DNA of 64,000 nt from positions 92,256,001 to 92,320,000 of the forward strand of contig OZ024742.1 in NCBI GenBank assembly GCA_964016885.1, given 5' to 3'. The DNA is from Eledone cirrhosa. Taxonomy: Eukaryota. Positions within the stretch are counted from its first letter, which is position 1. Each line of letters opens with the position of its first letter. Positions 12,516-24,606 of the stretch are shown in pieces. The translations under genes and the position numbers were made by a program. Under the pieces are notes generated by a model. It ran no database searches. It was not told where the DNA came from and saw only the letters and a program-made list of their open reading frames with translations.

Positions 12516-12990
12516 GGCGGTGGATTGGTAGTATCGGTAGAGAGTCGGACACCATGCTTTGCAGCATAGAGTTATGGCTCTTTACGGTCTGAGTTCAAAT
12601 CCCGCCGAGGTTAACTTTGCATTTCATCCGTACAGGGTCGATAAAATAAAGCACCAGTAATGTACTGGGGTCGATTTAATCGACTTTTCCCTCCCCCAAA
12701 ATGACTGGCCTTGTGCCTATACTAGAAATCCTTATTATTATTAATATGAGTGTTACTAGCATGAGGATGAGGAAGGTTGTTGATTGGCAATATTGGTAGA
12801 ACGTCGGACACCATGCTTTGCAGCTTAGAGTTACGGCCGTTTACGTTCTGTGTTCAAACGCCGTCGAGGTTAGCTTTGCCTTTTATCCTTACGGAGCCGA
12901 TAAAGCATAGCCCCAGTGATGCTCTGAGGGCGATTTAATCGACTTTTCCCCTCCCTTTAAATTGATGGGCTTGTGCCAAAAGTAGAAACA
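12516..12990 (+). mobile_element. Two tandem SINE family A copies (tRNA head + Deu/Nin-like domain)
   Basis: A box tggtagtatcgg, B box gagttcaaatcc, core tttcatcc..ggggtcgataaaataaag..ccag; ~12516-12730 and ~12775-12990. Confidence 0.85.
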
Positions 12991-13129
12991 TTTATTTTAC
13001 AGGTAAGCACAGACATGGGTGTGTCATTAAGGTGTGCACGACCTATGCATGAGGTGCCAGTTTCATAGGAATATGAGTGAAATTCGGTCGACGATGATTA
13101 CAGAAGCTTTGTATATATATATATATTTG

Positions 13130-13304
13130 TTTTGCAAGGTTTTTGATATGAAATCGTGTGTTGAAACAAATATTGTTATATTTGGGGAGGATCATATTGT
13201 TATAATATTGGCAGAAATAATCATAGAACACACTCACTGTAACAGTGAGTGTATTCTATGATTATTTCTGCCAATATTATAACAATATGATCCTCCCCAA
13301 ATAT

Positions 13305-13310
<6 letters not shown>
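13130..13310. mobile_element. Palindromic fragment of the Penelope terminal repeat between (TA)n runs
   Basis: Fold-back centred ~13241 (cactcactgtaacagtgagtg); arms homologous to 17845-17955 and 21010-21078. Confidence 0.85.
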
Positions 13311-13378
<68 letters not shown>

Positions 13379-13554
13379 TAACCTGGTTAGTTCTTTGTTT
13401 TGGTATTGTATGGTTGGGTTTTGCCTGTCGCAATTTTCAATTTGTCAAGCTATCTAAACGTAATGTTTTTACTCTTGAGTGCTTTGCTACTCATTCCTAA
13501 TTGTAGGTCGACTTTGCTTGGCCATAGCCAAAGCTTCGATTTTACTAAGCTTCC

Positions 13555-13600
<46 letters not shown>

Positions 13601-13635
13601 TTCTAGCCCTGTTGAAGTATTTTTTATATATATAA

Positions 13636-13782
13636 TTGTTTCTATTTTTGGCACAAGGCCAGCAAATACCCAATACATTACTGGTACTTTATTTTATCGA
13701 CCCCGTAAGGATGAAAGGCAAAGTTAACCTCGGCGGGTTTTGAACTCAGACCATAAAGCGCCGTAACTCTTTGCTGCAAAGC
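13636..13782 (-). mobile_element. SINE family A
   Basis: Reverse complement of the family consensus. Confidence 0.85.
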
Positions 13783-13989
13783 TTTCTATATATATAATTG
13801 TTTCTACTTTTGGCACAAGGCCAGCTTTCTATATATATAATAAAATGTTTATACTCTTATCAATGTATTTAGTACCTTTTTTAAAAGTGGTTAGCCGTTC
13901 ACACAACTCGGGGATCGTGATATACATATCAACACACACACACGCGGCCGAACTGGAAAATTTGTTTTAGAATTATGAAAAAACAAAAT

Positions 13990-14063
13990 CACTATACATA
14001 TTTCGAAGGCCCAGCTCCATCATCCAATTATGATGCATGACAGGACCTTCTCATCAGACGTGT
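13990..14063 (-). ncRNA. Hammerhead-like motif with long stem II (stem I weak)
   Basis: Minus strand: acacgu-CUGAUGA-GAAGGUCC...GGGCCUUC-GAAA-UAUG-UA. Confidence 0.6.
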
Positions 14064-14789
14064 CATCCACAGAGTTACGTAACAGGATTACTTTGAACCC
14101 AAACATACAATGGAAGGTAGAGAAAAGAAAATAGAAAATTGAAAATTGAAAATTGATACGGGGACTGCCTGCAAAAATGTTGTTATATTGGTATGAGGCA
14201 GTCCCACCCGATGTTAACTTTTGGGCTGGTAGTTGTGGTGGAGGTATAGGGGTGGTCAAATGGCGACATACCCATCCTTCTTAGAGAATGTCACTCCTTA
14301 ATTATAGTTTTGACTACTCTGCCGCAGAGATCTAAAGATTCTAATCTATCTGTCGCCTTTCAGACAAGGCAATCTACCGTGACTGTACTTAAAGGGGAGC
14401 ATAGCTATAATAATATGGTCTAGCAAAGAACAGGGGTTGAGACAACATACTAACAATTTTAATAACAATTATAAGTTAGTAACTTTGCATTAATATGAAG
14501 ACAGACAAAAGACAAAATTTTCCAAGGTACCACTCAGTATGGTTGAACTAGAAACCGCGTAGTTGCAAAAGAGACTTCTTAAACATACAGCCATGATACC
14601 ATAATACGGAAAGCTCTTCAGCAAACCATTTCACAGATGGAGATTGTCCATGACGTATATTTCAGGGAAGGATGACAATGTTAGAAGTGATATGATGGGA
14701 AAACAAATCAAATAGACTTCAAGGACCTATCCTCATCTCCATTTCCTCAGTAAAAATTCTCACAATACTTGTATGTGTATGCGTATATA

Positions 14790-14919
14790 TATACATACAT
14801 TACATACATCCATACATACATCCATACATACAAACAAACAAAAAATATATATATGATATATATATAACATATATATATTTTTGTGTATATATATATATAT
14901 ATATATATACATATACATT

Positions 14920-14989
<70 letters not shown>

Positions 14990-14997
14990 CATATTTA

Positions 14998-15052
<55 letters not shown>

Positions 15053-15147
15053 ATATATGTATATATATATATGTGTATATTTACATATATGTATGTGTAT
15101 ATTTACATATATGTATATATATATATATATATATACATACATATGTA

Positions 15148-15229
<82 letters not shown>

Positions 15230-15269
15230 TATATATATGTGTATATTTACATATATGTATGTGTATATT

Positions 15270-15344
<75 letters not shown>

Positions 15345-15350
15345 TATATA
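14790..15350. repeat. Compound (TA)n/(TG)n microsatellite with internal duplication
   Basis: Direct reading. Confidence 0.97.
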
Positions 15351-16262
15351 TATGTATGAAGGTGTGTGGATATCTGTTTGTTTGTGTAAGACATCAAACA
15401 TATTCCCACGAATACAAGTAAACAACATCATAGAAAATTCATTATTCGTAGGAATTCATGGATTTCAAAGTGATTTTACCTTATATAATAAATACAAACA
15501 TGCATAGACACACACTCACTCATATATTTGTCATTTCACTCTCAAAGAACTCGTCAATCATTCAGCCATGCAGTCATATTGCGTCCTTGTATGCCTGGGT
15601 GTCGGTGTGTGTGTTTGCGCACACGCACATACACACACATACACATATGTGTGTGTGTGTGTGTATGCGAGTATATACATTGATTCAGGGAAAGAAGCAA
15701 AAAGCTTTATAGATTTCAAATCATTTATTTATTTCTACGATCGTTTTGATTGATTGAAATGCAATTGTAGTCAACTGTAGCAATTTGCTAATTATTTAAT
15801 TAATCATATCGACGAAACGGGTAATTACATTTTTAAAATATCAAGCAGCAATTGTCCCATCACCAACTTGGTATGCGAAGATATGCAAGCTCACAGAGAT
15901 AAATGTTAGACGAGGCTCAAAACCAAAGGAAAGAGTGCTGCGAATAATATTAAAGTTTTTATCATCTTTATTCGCACCTCACATCTTTCCTTTGGAATCT
16001 CCTGTAACATTTTTCTTTGTGATTTTGATTATCATCGCACGCCTATTATTGCATTTCAATAAATCGAAATGTTCGTAGAAACGAATAAAGGATATTAACT
16101 CTATAAAGACTTTGATTATTCAACTGAATTGAATTATTATGCACTGTTTTTTTCCATACGTGACTAACATATTCAGATTTAACACTCTTGCTAATAAATC
16201 AGGGTTATATCCATTTCTATTGATCTCATATATATACAGAGAGACAGAGAGAGAAGGGGGAG

Positions 16263-16332
<70 letters not shown>

Positions 16333-16674
16333 AGAGAGAGAGAGGGAGAGAGAGAGAGGGCAGGGCAGAATTGATCACAACACTGAATTCATCTACTGAA
16401 TTTACTTTATTTATCGACCTAAATATATATATATATATACATACACATATACACACACACACACATACACACAACACGCACACACACGCACACACACACA
16501 CACACACCGTGTCTACAATGAATCGACAACGATGTTTTTTCAGTCCAAATGCTCACTTTCACACTTGCAAAATACCTCGACTTTACCATTCATTCTAATT
16601 TAGGTCGATAAATAAAGTACCATTCAGTGCTGTGATCAATTCTCCCCCCTCTCTCTCTCTGTATGTATATATAT

Positions 16675-16883
16675 ATGAGGATAGGCTTAAACGTTCATAG
16701 GCTATGGAGAAGTAATATGAAGAGGTAACAGTAAAGCTGTGAAATCTTGTATGCATTAATTTCAATTCTTCTTATTAATAACTGCATTGTTACTTTCCTG
16801 GGATTATATTGAAAAATGAACCCATTTGGTCATTCAATGAGAGTATTCTGGCTAATCTATGAACTTTCCAGCCGACCCTCATA
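16675..16883. mobile_element. Mariner-like MITE (~205 bp)
   Basis: Imperfect terminal inverted repeats gaggataggcttaaacgttcatag / ctatgaactttccagccgaccctc, TA flanks; related copy at 30641-30819. Confidence 0.7.
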
Positions 16884-16943
16884 TATCTGTCTCTCTCTCA
16901 CTCACTCTCTCTCGCTCTCTCTTTCTATCTCCCTCTCTCTCTA

Positions 16944-17019
<76 letters not shown>

Positions 17020-17499
17020 AAATCAATATATTCAGACCCGAGGAGGGTGGGGCATGGTTTAAATCTCTAAAACACACCATCAGGTGTTCAAAGATGATGT
17101 GTGCTATGCTGAAATTAATGAAAATATGATTATGAAATGTTGCGACATTTAAAAATAATTTAAGATAAGTTATTCGTTTGTATCTTTTACATCGGTTTAT
17201 ATATGATTATATATGAAATTATTTACACAATGTCGCATATATATATTATTTTAGTTTTAACTCTATTGAAACTAGATTTTAGGAAATCAACTATATACAT
17301 ATATCATTTCTCATTTCTATTCTTGGTTATTTCTCATAATATATATATTATTATTACTATATATATATATATATATATATAGGAACGAGTAGGACCCCGA
17401 CGGCTGAGCTCAAGCCGTTTCAACGGCTAATTCTGGACTAAAATCATTTTAGTCCAGAATTAGCCGTCGAAACGGACCGAATAAATTAGATTACCGGTA

Positions 17500-17794
17500 T
17501 ATAAGACACAGAAGCGAAAAGCGAAAACCAACCAAACAGTGAGTGTGTTCTGTTATTAATTCTGGCAATATTACACAAGGCGGTGGATTGGCAGTATCGG
17601 TGGAGAGTCGGACGCCATGCTTTCCAGCATAGTTACGTCCCTTTACGATCTGAGTTCAAATCCCGCCGAGGTTGACTTTGCCTTTCATCCTTACGGGGTC
17701 GATAAAATAAAGTACCAGTAATGCACTGGATAATTGCTGGCCTTGTGCCAAAAGTAGAAACAAATATTACACAAATATGACCCTCCCCAAGTAT

Positions 17795-17800
<6 letters not shown>
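17500..17800 (+). mobile_element. Penelope terminal-repeat 3' fragment interrupted by a SINE
   Basis: Matches 20980-21078; ends ccccaagtataacaat + (AT)n. Confidence 0.85.
17579..17762 (+). mobile_element. Full-length SINE family A with 12-bp target-site duplication
   Basis: A box tggcagtatcgg, B box gagttcaaatcc, Deu/Nin-like core; aatattacacaa at 17567-17578 and 17763-17774. Confidence 0.9.
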
Positions 17801-17834
<34 letters not shown>

Positions 17835-17866
17835 CGGCGATGAATTAGTTTTGCGAGGTTTTTTAT

Positions 17867-20545
17867 ATGAAATCGTGTGTCGAAACAGATATTGTTATAT
17901 TTGGGGAGGGTCATATTTGCGTAATATTGCCAGAATTAATAACAGAACACACTCATAATAATAGTAACAACCACAATGGTAGAAATAGCAGTAACAACAA
18001 CAATAACGGTGAAGTAAACAACAATACATCTAGCAATCATAACAATAATAATATTAATGCTAAGGATAGAAACAACAACAACCACCATGATAACAATAAT
18101 AGCAACACACACAACTATGACGATAGAAATAACGACAACCCCTTAGAGAAACTATTTTTCAACCCAGCTGACAAAACATATAAGATGGGTAATATCTATC
18201 CTACGAGGTTACCCTTTAATAAAAGAGTTTGCATACCACAACAAATAGATGACGAGACGGAGGCACAGTTCACCATAGCTAGAAATAAGATTAGACAAGT
18301 AGTAGACAGGTACACTATGAGACAGAGCAGACCAGAGGCCCAACAACTTGGGATAAAACCTGTAGAAGGCTTGGTTAGCCTCAAGCAGCGCACAAGGGAT
18401 GGTGAGGTAGTGTGTCTACCCACAGATAAGTCTGGTAGGATGTCAATAGATAGCATGCCGAACTACATCGAGGCAATGCAACCCCACATCACCAACACGA
18501 GCGAAGTTGCACAACTAACACACGATGGGAGAGAAAAAATCCTCAACGCTCACATGATGATGTGGACTGACATCCTAAAGCCAAGCAGACGCACTGCCAA
18601 CAACTTCCAGGCGTCTAACAATGGCATACCACCCTTGTATGGGCTCCGCAAAGACCACAAGACAGTCGACGACCCGACAATAGGACCACCAACAAGACCT
18701 GTATGCGGAGCTAATATAGCTAGCAACTACAGGATCTCCTACTTCCTCTCAATGGTTATACGCCCCATAATCAAGATGTCCCCAGATGTATGTGAAAGTA
18801 CAGAGGACCTCCCCAGCAGAATCAGTGAGTGCAACAAAAACAGGAGCCTATCCAACTGCATAATAGGCAGCATGGATGTGGTGTCACTGTACCCATCCAT
18901 TAACATTGATTTTGCTGTGAAAAGATGTGTGGAGATGATCATTGAGAGTGAGGTGGAGTTCTGCGACGTCGACACAGACGAACTGGGCCTCCTACTTAGA
19001 CTTACCTACGACACTGACTACCTAGACAGCCATGACCTTAGATGTTTCTGCCCTAGTAGACCTATAAGAGGTAGACCCCCCACCATAACCTCAATGGCTA
19101 AAAAGACTCCCATAGGAAGGTGGATTGGGTGGACCAAAGCTATACGGACCCCCCAAAACACTGATCAGGTAAGAAAAATGGTCGCACATGCAATAGGGGC
19201 TAGTATCAAAACTACCCTAAAGGGCCACATATTTAAGTTCAATGAGAAAATCTACACCCAAAATGAGGGAGCAGCCATCGGCGTCAGCATAGCTGGCGAT
19301 GTTGCCAACCTTTTCATGGTATGGTGGGAAAGGAGACTTAAAGATCTCCTTAATGAAAGCTCCATAGACCTCATCATGTACTCTCGTTATGTAGACGATA
19401 TCAATATAGTTATAAGAACACCCCCACTAGAGAGCACTAACAAGTTTGATTTAGAACGTAGCACGATGGAAAGCATCCAGCAGATAGCTAATTCCATACA
19501 CCAGAGTATAACTGTAACTATAGACTTCCCTTCCAAACACCCTAACAATAGACTACCTGTATTAGACACAGAACTCTGGATTAACACTATAGACGAGAGA
19601 GCCCAAATTCTCCACTCACACTATGCTAAACCCATGGCCTCCAAATACCTGATACTCAAAAACTCAGCAATGTCCAGTAGTGCTAAGTTTAATATTCTGA
19701 TCGCAGATTTGGTACGAGTGATGAAGAATGTGTCCAGCATGTGCGACCCAACAGAAATGGAAGGACACATCCAACACTTCATCAACCGCATGCAGTTCTC
19801 TGGCTACAACCAAAGAGACAGAGTCAGAGTATACGAAGGAGCCATGGAAAAGTATAAGACCCTCATAGAACTGGACATGAAAGGAATTTGCCCACTATAC
19901 AGGAGCAAATCATGGAATAGCTTAGATAGGGCTAGACATAAGATAGGGAAGGCCACATCATGGTACGACAACCAGAGATATCAGAGTGTCATGTTTGTGG
20001 ACGCCACCCCTGGAGGGAAATTAGCTAACCAGTGTAGAAAGGCCCTGAGAAAGACCCACTTAAAAATAAAGGTGGTAGAAAAGCCAGGAACCACCATAAA
20101 ATCCCTGATCAGCAAAACCTACCCTTTTAAGAAAACCCACTGTACCAATAGGAAATGTATCATATGTAAGGTGAACCCCCGGATAAACTGTAAAACTAGA
20201 AACGTAGTCTATAGCATAAGATGTACAGAGGGTACTTGCAGAAACACGACAACAACATACATAGGTGAGACAGCTCGTAGCATAGGTGAAAGGATAGACC
20301 AACACTGGGGGGAACTAAAAGGACGAAAAAACGGGTCAGTACTATACGAACATGCTAGACAACATCATGACGGTAACATAGACAACATAGAAATTAGAAT
20401 AATATCTAAACATAGGAATGACCCAGCAGATAGGCAAATCAGAGAGGCCAGTGAAATAGAAATTAGAAGACCAAAGCTAAACAGAAAGAATGAGTGGAAC
20501 AACAACAACACCCAAACAAACAACACTGACCTAAGAGAAGTATAA
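17867..20545 (+). CDS. Penelope-type reverse transcriptase / GIY-YIG endonuclease, uninterrupted 892 aa (first ~30 aa derive from the inverted repeat)
   Basis: TDKSG, LYGLRKDHK, RPV, MDVVSLYPSI, EGAAIG, YSRYVDDI, LPVLD; linker CTNRKCIIC; VVYSIRC...YIGET...R...H...H...E...N. Confidence 0.95.
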   Translation: MKSCVETDIVIFGEGHICVILPELITEHTHNNSNNHNGRNSSNNNNNGEVNNNTSSNHNNNNINAKDRNNNNHHDNNNSNTHNYDDRNNDNPLEKLFFNPADKTYKMGNIYPTRLPFNKRVCIPQQIDDETEAQFTIARNKIRQVVDRYTMRQSRPEAQQLGIKPVEGLVSLKQRTRDGEVVCLPTDKSGRMSIDSMPNYIEAMQPHITNTSEVAQLTHDGREKILNAHMMMWTDILKPSRRTANNFQASNNGIPPLYGLRKDHKTVDDPTIGPPTRPVCGANIASNYRISYFLSMVIRPIIKMSPDVCESTEDLPSRISECNKNRSLSNCIIGSMDVVSLYPSINIDFAVKRCVEMIIESEVEFCDVDTDELGLLLRLTYDTDYLDSHDLRCFCPSRPIRGRPPTITSMAKKTPIGRWIGWTKAIRTPQNTDQVRKMVAHAIGASIKTTLKGHIFKFNEKIYTQNEGAAIGVSIAGDVANLFMVWWERRLKDLLNESSIDLIMYSRYVDDINIVIRTPPLESTNKFDLERSTMESIQQIANSIHQSITVTIDFPSKHPNNRLPVLDTELWINTIDERAQILHSHYAKPMASKYLILKNSAMSSSAKFNILIADLVRVMKNVSSMCDPTEMEGHIQHFINRMQFSGYNQRDRVRVYEGAMEKYKTLIELDMKGICPLYRSKSWNSLDRARHKIGKATSWYDNQRYQSVMFVDATPGGKLANQCRKALRKTHLKIKVVEKPGTTIKSLISKTYPFKKTHCTNRKCIICKVNPRINCKTRNVVYSIRCTEGTCRNTTTTYIGETARSIGERIDQHWGELKGRKNGSVLYEHARQHHDGNIDNIEIRIISKHRNDPADRQIREASEIEIRRPKLNRKNEWNNNNTQTNNTDLREV

Positions 20546-20825
20546 ATAAATAAGTAAATTAAATTAAATAAAATAAGATAAATAAATACATACACAAGCA
20601 CATAAACACACACTAGTCACCCAGCAGACAACACTATACACACTAGTCACACATCACACATCACACATAACACTATACACACACGCAAACGCATGCGCAA
20701 AGAAGACAAAATAAAATAAGATAAACAAACAAGCAAATAAATAAATAAATATATAGACAGACTGAACAAAAAAAAAAAAAAAAATGGCGTAGACATACAA
20801 CACAACAGGAGGAACAATGAATATA

Positions 20826-20868
20826 ACACCACTGACGATGTTGCAGATGTGCAACGAAAGATTTATGT
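20826..20868 (+). ncRNA. Hammerhead motif in the Penelope 3' terminal repeat
   Basis: CUGACGA-u-GUUGCA-gaug-UGCAAC-GAAA-GAUU-UA; quasi-palindromic stem III; stem I very short. Confidence 0.7.
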
Positions 20869-21099
20869 AAACTATATATATATGTGTTTGTCTATATTGT
20901 ATCTGTATTATTTTTGACCGCCGGTCAGTCAATGGCAACATTGAGGACCGAGTAAGTTAGATCGCAGATATATATATATAAAAGACAGCGAGAAGCGAAA
21001 ACCAACCAAACAGTGAGTGTGTTCTGTTATTAATTCTGGCAATATTACGCAAATATGACCCTCCCCAAATATAACAATATATATATATATATATGTATA

Positions 21100-22447
21100 T
21101 ACATCCCTTCCCTCCCCTCTTCTCCTCCTCCCCCCTCCTTATCACACGCACACACGCACCCACTTACACCACCCACCCCACACGCAACTAACATCACTAA
21201 CACCCCCCAACCCCACGCACACGTACCCACACACCCTCGTACACCACCAACTCTACACACCCTACCACCACTAACCCCCACTCACACCTGCATTCCACCC
21301 CTCCCCACCTCCCGTATACTAACACCCACTAACACCTCTTCACCAAACTACACACACACACCAGTACACCACACTCCCTCCATAGAACCACACACACCCT
21401 TCTCTCCCCGCTCCACCCACACCCCCGCTCCACACTCACTCATCCCACTAACACCCCTACTAATACACACACACACACACACACACACACCCTCCTCACT
21501 CCAACTCTCACACCTACCCATCCTCGCCCCCCTACCATTCCACCGACTGCTGCTATGCCCTTCTGACCACCTCCCAGCACCAACAGACCACAGCACTCCC
21601 ACTGCTGACCACTTCCTGTTGCGCGCGCACCCCACATCTCTCCTCTTCCGACCACCGCCTCATGGATTACCCACACGCAGAAATTGACTTATAACCAAAT
21701 CTCCAAACATCCTTGGAACTTACCAACTTTTCAACCATCCTCTTACGTCATCACCTATATAACTCACCCACACACACACCCCAAAAAATGTTTTTCTCCA
21801 CACGCCACCCACACCTACAACACGCTTAAACCCCACACACACGTGCTTCCCACCACATATTTACGCCCTCAGCCTCCTGATTCCTCTCCCCCTACCCCCC
21901 TATCCACACACGCACAGACACTCCGACCCACAAAAACACCCCCCACACACACCTTTTCCTGAACATGCAACCCCGTTCTTCCCCCAACCCTCACTTTCAC
22001 ATACACACACACACACACGCACACCTACACACACACACCACCTTCAGCCCTCCCCGCTCGGACACCCCGTCTCCCTCTCCCCACTCCACCCGCCACCACC
22101 CCTACTCCCCCCACACCCTTCCACCACCTGTTTACCCCCCTTTTAATTTCAGTTTATTTTGATCATGCCTTTATTTTTAAATGTTCTCATTCCTTGTATT
22201 TTGATCATGCTTTATTTTTATTTTTTATCTTTATTTGTTAATTTTTCATTCGCACCGTTTCCTTTCGCTATATGTCTCTCCACCACCCCCCTACACACCT
22301 TTTGAACTCTGTTCCCACACACTTCTCACCTGAGGAAGGGCTTATGCCCGAAATGTCGTCCCCCACCTACCCCCCACTCTCCTGAGCGTGAATTTAATAA
22401 ACATTTATTGTACTGCCTCTCTGTTCTGTCCCTGTTCAAATTGTTCA
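21100..22447 (+). mobile_element. C/A-rich insertion ending in a hammerhead-like motif and AATAAA; probable 3' part of a second Penelope-like family
   Basis: Bounded by (TA)n; CUGAGGA-a-GGGC-uuau-GCCC-GAAA-UG-UC at 22330-22357; AATAAA near 22396. Confidence 0.5.
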
Positions 22448-22448
22448 T

Positions 22449-22483
<35 letters not shown>

Positions 22484-22577
22484 GTATATATATGTATATA
22501 TATATATGTATAGATATATGTATGAGCGGGAATTGTCCGTGTGTTTTTGTTTGTGTTTTTCTTACATTTTCTAAATA

Positions 22578-22702
<125 letters not shown>

Positions 22703-22762
22703 ATATATATATGTAAATATATACATATATACATATATATATATATATGTATATAAATATAT

Positions 22763-23377
22763 AGCGGCGATGAATTAGTTTAGCGAGGTTTTTTATATGA
22801 AATCGTGTGTCGAAACAGATATTGTTATACTTGGGGAGGGTCATATTTGCGTAATATTGCCAGAATCAATAACAGAACACACTCACTGTTTGGTTGGTTT
22901 TCGCTTCTCGCTGTCTTTTATATCTGCGATCTAACTTACTCGGTCCTCAATGTTGCCATTGACTGACCGACGGTCAAAAATAATACAGATACAATATAGA
23001 CACAAACACATATATATAGTTTACATAATTTACATAAATCTTTCGTTGCACATCTGCAACATCGTCAGTGGTGTTATATTCATTGTTCCTCCTGTTGTGT
23101 TGTATGTCTACGCCATTTTTTATTCAGTCTGACGATGTTGCAGATGTGCAACGAAAGATTTATGTAAATTATGTAAACTATATATATGTGTTTGTGTCTA
23201 TATTGTATCTGTATTATTTTTGACCGTCGGTCAGTCAATGGCAACATTGAGGACCGAGTAAGTTAGATCGCAGATATAAAAGACAGCGAGAAGCGAAAAC
23301 CAACCAAACAGTGAGTGTGTTCTGTTATTGATTCTGGCAATATTACGCAAATATGACCCTCCCCAAGTATAACAATA
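22763..23377. mobile_element. Large fold-back made only of the Penelope terminal repeat, with two hammerhead cores in opposite orientation
   Basis: 22763-23130 is an inverted copy and 23129-23377 a direct copy of the 20760-21078 region; cores at 23062-23068 (-) and 23129-23135 (+); (TA)n flanks. Confidence 0.9.
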
Positions 23378-23446
23378 TATATATATATATATATACATAT
23401 ATACATATATACATATATACATATAAATATATATATATATACATAT

Positions 23447-23578
<132 letters not shown>

Positions 23579-23702
23579 ATATCTTATAAGAATCTTAAGG
23601 AAAGGAAAGGGATGAGGATAGGTTCTTGAAATCTGTTATGTTTGATAAGTAAACAAGAAATGAATAAATAAAAGCCGGAAGGAGAAAATACTCGACATTA
23701 TT

Positions 23703-23885
23703 GGTGGATTGGAGTATCTGTAGAGGGTCGAACGCCATGCTTCCTAGCATAGTTACGTCCCTTTACGGTCTGAGTTCAAATCCCGCCGAGGTTAACTTTG
23801 ACTTTCATCCTTACAGGGTCGATAAAATAAAGTACCAGTAATGTACTGGATAATTTATGGCCTTGTGCCAAAAGTAGAAACAATT
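23703..23885 (+). mobile_element. SINE family A
   Basis: A/B boxes and Deu/Nin-like core. Confidence 0.85.
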
Positions 23886-24149
23886 ATTGTTAAAACCACG
23901 AAAGACCACCCCGTCCCCTCGACTTTCTCTCCCTATCACCCACCTCTCTGTCCTGTGCCTTTTTCTTATCCTTTCATTTTTCTTCTAAATTTGGAGAAAT
24001 GGCGGTCCGCTTGAGGAGGGAGCCCGTGAGGTGTTTTGTTATTGACTAAGGAAGACCCAACGAAAATCCTACGAATACCAGTTCAGTTGATCACAAGATG
24101 ATGGTGGCTCAGATGGGATTTAAATTGAAAACACGAACAAGAAGCCAAA

Positions 24150-24325
24150 GGACGCCATGCTTTGCAGCAAAGAGTTACGGCTCTTTATGGTCTGAGTTCA
24201 AATCCCGCCGAGGTTAACTTTGCCTTTCATCCTTACGGGGTCGATAAAATAAAGTACCAGTAATACACTGGTTAATTGCTGGCCTTGTGCCAAAAGTAGA
24301 AACAATTATTATTATTATTATTATT
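24150..24325 (+). mobile_element. SINE family A, 5'-truncated, with (ATT)n tail
   Basis: B box, core and tail gccttgtgccaaaagtagaaacaattattatt. Confidence 0.85.
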
Positions 24326-24335
24326 TTGAAATTTG

Positions 24336-24606
24336 TGGAGGCATGGGCTCAGTGGTTAGGGTATCGGGCTCATAATCGCAGATACTTTACTTCGCATAAA
24401 TTTAATTCTCTCATAAGGGAAAATGCGTTGTTCCTCTAATTCAAAGATCAAGCTTTATCACACACTGAATCACATTGAATCTTTCTAAAAATATGTTAAG
24501 CATGCATGCTTCTGGAATGCTCAGCCACTTCCACGTTAATTTCAGGAGCAGGCTCTTGTTCCGTTGATGGCATCGACTGAATCACCCGCCGTCTGGAACA
24601 ACGGAG
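24336..24606 (+). mobile_element. SINE family B, diverged
   Basis: Head ggctcagtggttagggtatcggg; 3' part tgctcagccacttccacgttaatttc matches 62975-63000. Confidence 0.65.

Larger units (their letters stand above)
17834..21078 (+). mobile_element. Penelope-like retroelement (Neptune-like), 5'-truncated with inverted terminal repeat, inserted in (TA)n
   Basis: RT + GIY-YIG ORF; 17887-17955 is the reverse complement of ~21013-21080; (TA)n on both sides. Confidence 0.92.

Noticed and set aside
13500-13545. Hairpin (uuggc-caua-gccaa) in a TA-flanked island
   Set aside because: No CUGANGA core on either strand
14747-15507. Many YI/VC/HT/RE-repeat ORFs here and throughout the window
   Set aside because: Translations of (TA)n, (GT)n and (GA)n microsatellites, which lack stop codons
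17579-17680. tRNA genes suggested by A/B boxes
   Set aside because: These are SINE heads followed by a conserved core and tail; no cloverleaf
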